Below, in pieces: positions 61,395 through 64,000 of a stretch of 64,000 nucleotides of DNA. The notes under the pieces were generated by a model. It was not told the origin of the DNA. It saw only the letters and a list, made by a program, of their open reading frames with translations, and did not search any database. Both the position numbers and the translations under genes were made by a program. Each line of letters opens with the position of its first letter. Positions within the stretch are counted from its first letter, which is position 1. Origin of the DNA: Chloroflexota bacterium (lineage in GTDB: Bacteria > Chloroflexota > Limnocylindria > P2-11E); contig VBDU01000071.1 in the NCBI GenBank assembly GCA_005883625.1, forward strand, positions 89,439 through 153,438, read 5' to 3'.

Positions 61395-61919
61395 TCAATA
61401 CCGCGCGATATAGAGGATGTAGAGCAGCGCGATGACCACGATCGCGGCGGCTACGCGCACGGCGAGTCCGCCCGGCGCGCGCACGCCGCCGGTGACTTCG
61501 GGGACGTGCACCACGCCATCGATCGCCTTGGCGAGGTCGCCGCCGCTCGCGTCCTTGCGGACCCACCCCCGCATGTCGTCGAGCCGAGCGCTGAGCGCCC
61601 GCGCGGAAGCCTCGTCACCGGAGAGGACGAGGCTCGGCACGCCGAGGACGAAGCTCGAGCCGTCGGTGAGCAGCGTTCCATCGACGAGCGCCACGTCCGC
61701 GGACCAGGCGGGGCGGAGGGCGACGATCTCGCCGGGGCGCGAGAGCCGGCGCACGTCGTAGCGGCCCTCGAGGGCGAGCAGTGTCTCGAGACCGCTCGCG
61801 ATCGCGGGATGGGCGCTCACGAGGGCGACCTTTACCCTGCCGACCGCTCGATTATCCGCCTTGTCGCCGCTCGAGACCCATGTAGGGCTCGCCGACAGGC
61901 CCCTCCTACCAACCTCCAT
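61395..61919 (-). CDS. pseudo-receiver (NarL-type REC lacking the acidic pocket) with C-terminal TM anchor
   Basis: VKVALVSAHPAIASGLETLL (DD replaced by SA)...DVALVDGTL...WVRKD, and a C-terminal VAAAIVVIALLYILYIA. This is the C-terminal part of the 740-aa track ORF, whose upstream part is Arg/Asp-rich junk. Confidence 0.45.
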   Translation of the reverse strand: MEVGRRGLSASPTWVSSGDKADNRAVGRVKVALVSAHPAIASGLETLLALEGRYDVRRLSRPGEIVALRPAWSADVALVDGTLLTDGSSFVLGVPSLVLSGDEASARALSARLDDMRGWVRKDASGGDLAKAIDGVVHVPEVTGGVRAPGGLAVRVAAAIVVIALLYILYIARY

Positions 61920-61964
61920 CTGGAGACCGATGCCCCGTAACCCCCCAGAAACGACTGTTACCGC

Positions 61965-64000
61965 GTGCCGACGCGCATCTTGATCGCCGACGACCACCTC
62001 GCGGTCCGCGAGGGCCTGCGTTCGCTCCTCGAGCCGGAATCGGACTTCGAGATCATCGGCGAGGCCGCGGACGGGAACGAGGCCGCCCAGAAGGCTCTCG
62101 ACCTCAAGCCGGACCTCATCGTCCTCGACAACTCGATGCCCGGTATGACCGGCCTCGAGGTCGCACGGATCCTTCGCGCGAACCTTCCTCAGACCAAGAT
62201 CGTCTTCCTCACGCTCGATCCAGGCATCCGCGATCTCGCGCTCGCGACCGGCGCGGTCGCGCACGTCGCGAAGGACGTCCCGCCGCAGGAGATCATGCGC
62301 GTGGTCCGCGCGGCTGCGGGCCTGCGACCGCAGCGTGCGACGAGCGGCAACGGTCACGCCGTCCCGTCCCAGACGAAGCTCGCCGAGCTCGTCGTCGCGG
62401 AGCACCTCCTCACGACCCAGCAGGTGCAGGACGTCGAGGGCGCCCGCGAGAAGCGACAGACGCTCGCGAACGCGCTGCTTCGCTCCGGCCTCGTTCCCGA
62501 GGAGAAGCTCGCCGACGTCTTCGCCCGCGCGAGCGGCCAGCGGCTCATGTCCCTCCGTCCCGAAGCAGCGTCGAGCGAGGCACGCGGGCGCACTCACGCG
62601 AAGGACCCGATCGACCCGACGGTCGCGCGGCAGCTCCCGCGTCGCTTCTGCGAGCAACGCGCGATCGTGCTCGTCGAGCTGAAGCGCGCCCAGGCGACCC
62701 TCGCGATGGCGGATCCATTCGATGAGACCACGGCGAACGAGGTCCGCGACATGCTCGGCGGCGTCGAGCTCAGCGTCGTCACCGCGACGGTGAGCGACGT
62801 CCGCGACGCGATCCAGCGCTCGCAGGCCCCCGCCGTCGTGCCGCTGGTGGCGGTCGCACCGACGATGCACATCCGTCGCCACCGCGCCTTCCCGCTCGTC
62901 GCGGCGATCGCCGCCGCGTTCCTTCTCTTCGCGACGGGGATCGGCGTCGTCCTCACGCAGGGGACCGCGACCGACGCCCGCGCGAATCTCACGATCTTCC
63001 AGGGCGCGGTCGAGATCCGTCACGGCGCGGGGCCGTTCGTCGCGGCGTCCACGAACGATCTCCTCCGCCAGGGTGACACGGTCCGGACGTCGGCGAACGC
63101 GAACGCCGCGCTCGCGTTCTTCGAGAGCTCGATCGTCGTCCTTGAGCCGGGTACGGAGGTCGAGGTCGTCTCGCTGCGTCAGATCGCGAGCGGTCGCGAC
63201 ATCGACGTGGTCATGCGCCAGACGAGCGGCATGACCTGGCACGTGGTCTCGCATCCGCTCGGCGCGGGCGCGCGCTACGCCGTCCTCACGCCGTCGTCGA
63301 CGAGCACGGTCCAGGGCACTGCCTTCCAGGTCGCTGTCGATGCGCGCGGCATGACCACGGTCACGACGACGGACGGGGTCGTGCACACGCAGGGCGCGGA
63401 CGGCGCGAGCGCAGCGCCGGTCGCCGTGAACGCGCAGCAGACGACGACGGTCACCGGTGCCGGACCCGCCACGCCTCAAATGGCGAAGATGCGGACGGTG
63501 ACGTTCGTCCTCGATGCCGGCCGCGACGCGGTCGTCGTGAACGCGGCCGGTGAGTCCGCCGGCGTGAGGGATAACGAGATCGTCCGCTACATCCCGGGAT
63601 CGACCGTTGCCCGGCAAGGCGGCAAGGTCGTCGTGAACCTCCCAGGCAACGAGGACGGTGCCTTCGCGACGATCGTCGCGCCGGCAGGCAGCGCGACGCA
63701 GGTCCAGATCGCGGCCGACCTCAAGTCGCCGGACGGTGGTCCCGTGAGCGCGGTCACCGATCAGCGTTCGATCGATAACGGAGTCGCGCGCACCGGTGTC
63801 AGCGTGATCGGGAACACCGTGGTCCTCACCAGTGCCACGACGATCACCGCGCAGCCCCTCGCCGTGAATCCTCCGCCGGCGCCGACACCGTTCAACCCGC
63901 TCGGCGTGGTACAGAGCTCGCCCCTCGCGATCGGTCCTGCGGGTCCAGCCGGTGTCGCGGGCGTGCCTGGCGCGCCGGGTCCACAGGGTCCGCCTGGTCC
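61965..64000 (+). CDS. REC + MshEN-like + TM + FecR-like + beta-rich region + collagen-like Gly-X-Y repeat protein; 3' end beyond the window
   Basis: GTG 61965. N-terminal 260 aa paralogous to the GT2 fusion (ILIADDHLAVREGL...LIVLDNSMPGMTGLE...; LSVVTATVSDVRDAIQRS). TM AFPLVAAIAAAFLLFATGIGVVL. FecR-like TIFQGAVEIRHGAGPF...LRQGDTVRTSANANAALAFFESSIVVLEPGTEV. The sequence ends GPAGPAGVAGVPGAPGPQGPPG. Confidence 0.7.
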   Translation, partial: MPTRILIADDHLAVREGLRSLLEPESDFEIIGEAADGNEAAQKALDLKPDLIVLDNSMPGMTGLEVARILRANLPQTKIVFLTLDPGIRDLALATGAVAHVAKDVPPQEIMRVVRAAAGLRPQRATSGNGHAVPSQTKLAELVVAEHLLTTQQVQDVEGAREKRQTLANALLRSGLVPEEKLADVFARASGQRLMSLRPEAASSEARGRTHAKDPIDPTVARQLPRRFCEQRAIVLVELKRAQATLAMADPFDETTANEVRDMLGGVELSVVTATVSDVRDAIQRSQAPAVVPLVAVAPTMHIRRHRAFPLVAAIAAAFLLFATGIGVVLTQGTATDARANLTIFQGAVEIRHGAGPFVAASTNDLLRQGDTVRTSANANAALAFFESSIVVLEPGTEVEVVSLRQIASGRDIDVVMRQTSGMTWHVVSHPLGAGARYAVLTPSSTSTVQGTAFQVAVDARGMTTVTTTDGVVHTQGADGASAAPVAVNAQQTTTVTGAGPATPQMAKMRTVTFVLDAGRDAVVVNAAGESAGVRDNEIVRYIPGSTVARQGGKVVVNLPGNEDGAFATIVAPAGSATQVQIAADLKSPDGGPVSAVTDQRSIDNGVARTGVSVIGNTVVLTSATTITAQPLAVNPPPAPTPFNPLGVVQSSPLAIGPAGPAGVAGVPGAPGPQGPPG

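Noticed and set aside
61925-63617. Upstream ~570 codons of the 740-aa minus-strand ORF 61395..63617
   Set aside because: Asp/Arg-rich junk that is antisense to the REC-MshEN-FecR gene. Only the C-terminal ~174 codons (61395..61919) look like a real receiver-like protein.

Overview
This is a very GC-rich (~70%), gene-dense stretch of bacterial chromosome with actinobacterial-style gene organisation. Many GTG/TTG starts are used, and at least 18 gene pairs are joined by 4-nt start/stop overlaps (GTGA, TTGA, ATGA). Those overlaps were used here to place start codons. No rRNA, tRNA, CRISPR array, transposase or integrase signal was seen. I annotated about 65 protein-coding genes. The main blocks, in order, are: (i) a NUDIX / VOC / alpha-beta hydrolase group, then an iron/manganese block made of a HicB-DinB fusion, a DtxR-family regulator (C-terminal FeoA/SH3-like domain) and a divergent FTR1 iron permease; (ii) a cell-envelope glycan locus: mreB, a WecB/TagA-family transferase, a GT4, a PHP phosphoesterase, a flippase-like LPG-synthase-TM protein, two ArnT/PMT-like GT-C enzymes and a tandem pair of paralogous polytopic membrane proteins; (iii) an unusual coupled cassette of cytoplasmic HisKA_3 kinase, NarL-type regulator, a second HisKA_3 kinase with a degenerate ATP-binding domain, and a DinB-family protein; (iv) housekeeping genes (a GT87-like membrane protein, SpoIID/LytB, hpt, a membrane-anchored cupredoxin, rsmG, a HisA/HisF-like protein, a metallophosphoesterase); (v) a putative K+ homeostasis island: two tandem KimA-like APC-superfamily transporters with USP-like C-terminal domains, a Usp, two TrkA/RCK proteins, a free-standing copy of the transporter C-terminal domain, a KdpE-like regulator, an N-terminally sensor-less KdpD-like kinase and a short Hsp70-like ATPase; (vi) a heat-shock operon hspR-hsp20-lon-cbpA-clpB with an apparently leaderless promoter; (vii) an M28 lipoprotein peptidase, CoA-transferase III, enoyl-CoA hydratase, tctCBA, a second M28 peptidase paralog, a methyltransferase, dtd, an XRE-TPR regulator, PolX and acylphosphatase; (viii) what I consider the most interesting locus. 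There, a GAF-histidine kinase / NarL regulator pair and a TM-anchored pseudo-receiver are flanked by two paralogous REC + MshEN-like (GspE-N-type, candidate c-di-GMP-binding) modules. One module is fused to a BcsA-like processive GT2 synthase that appears frameshifted and ends in a Thr/Ser-rich domain with a PEP-CTERM-like tail. The other is fused to a TM / FecR-like / collagen-like (Gly-X-Y) protein that runs off the window end.
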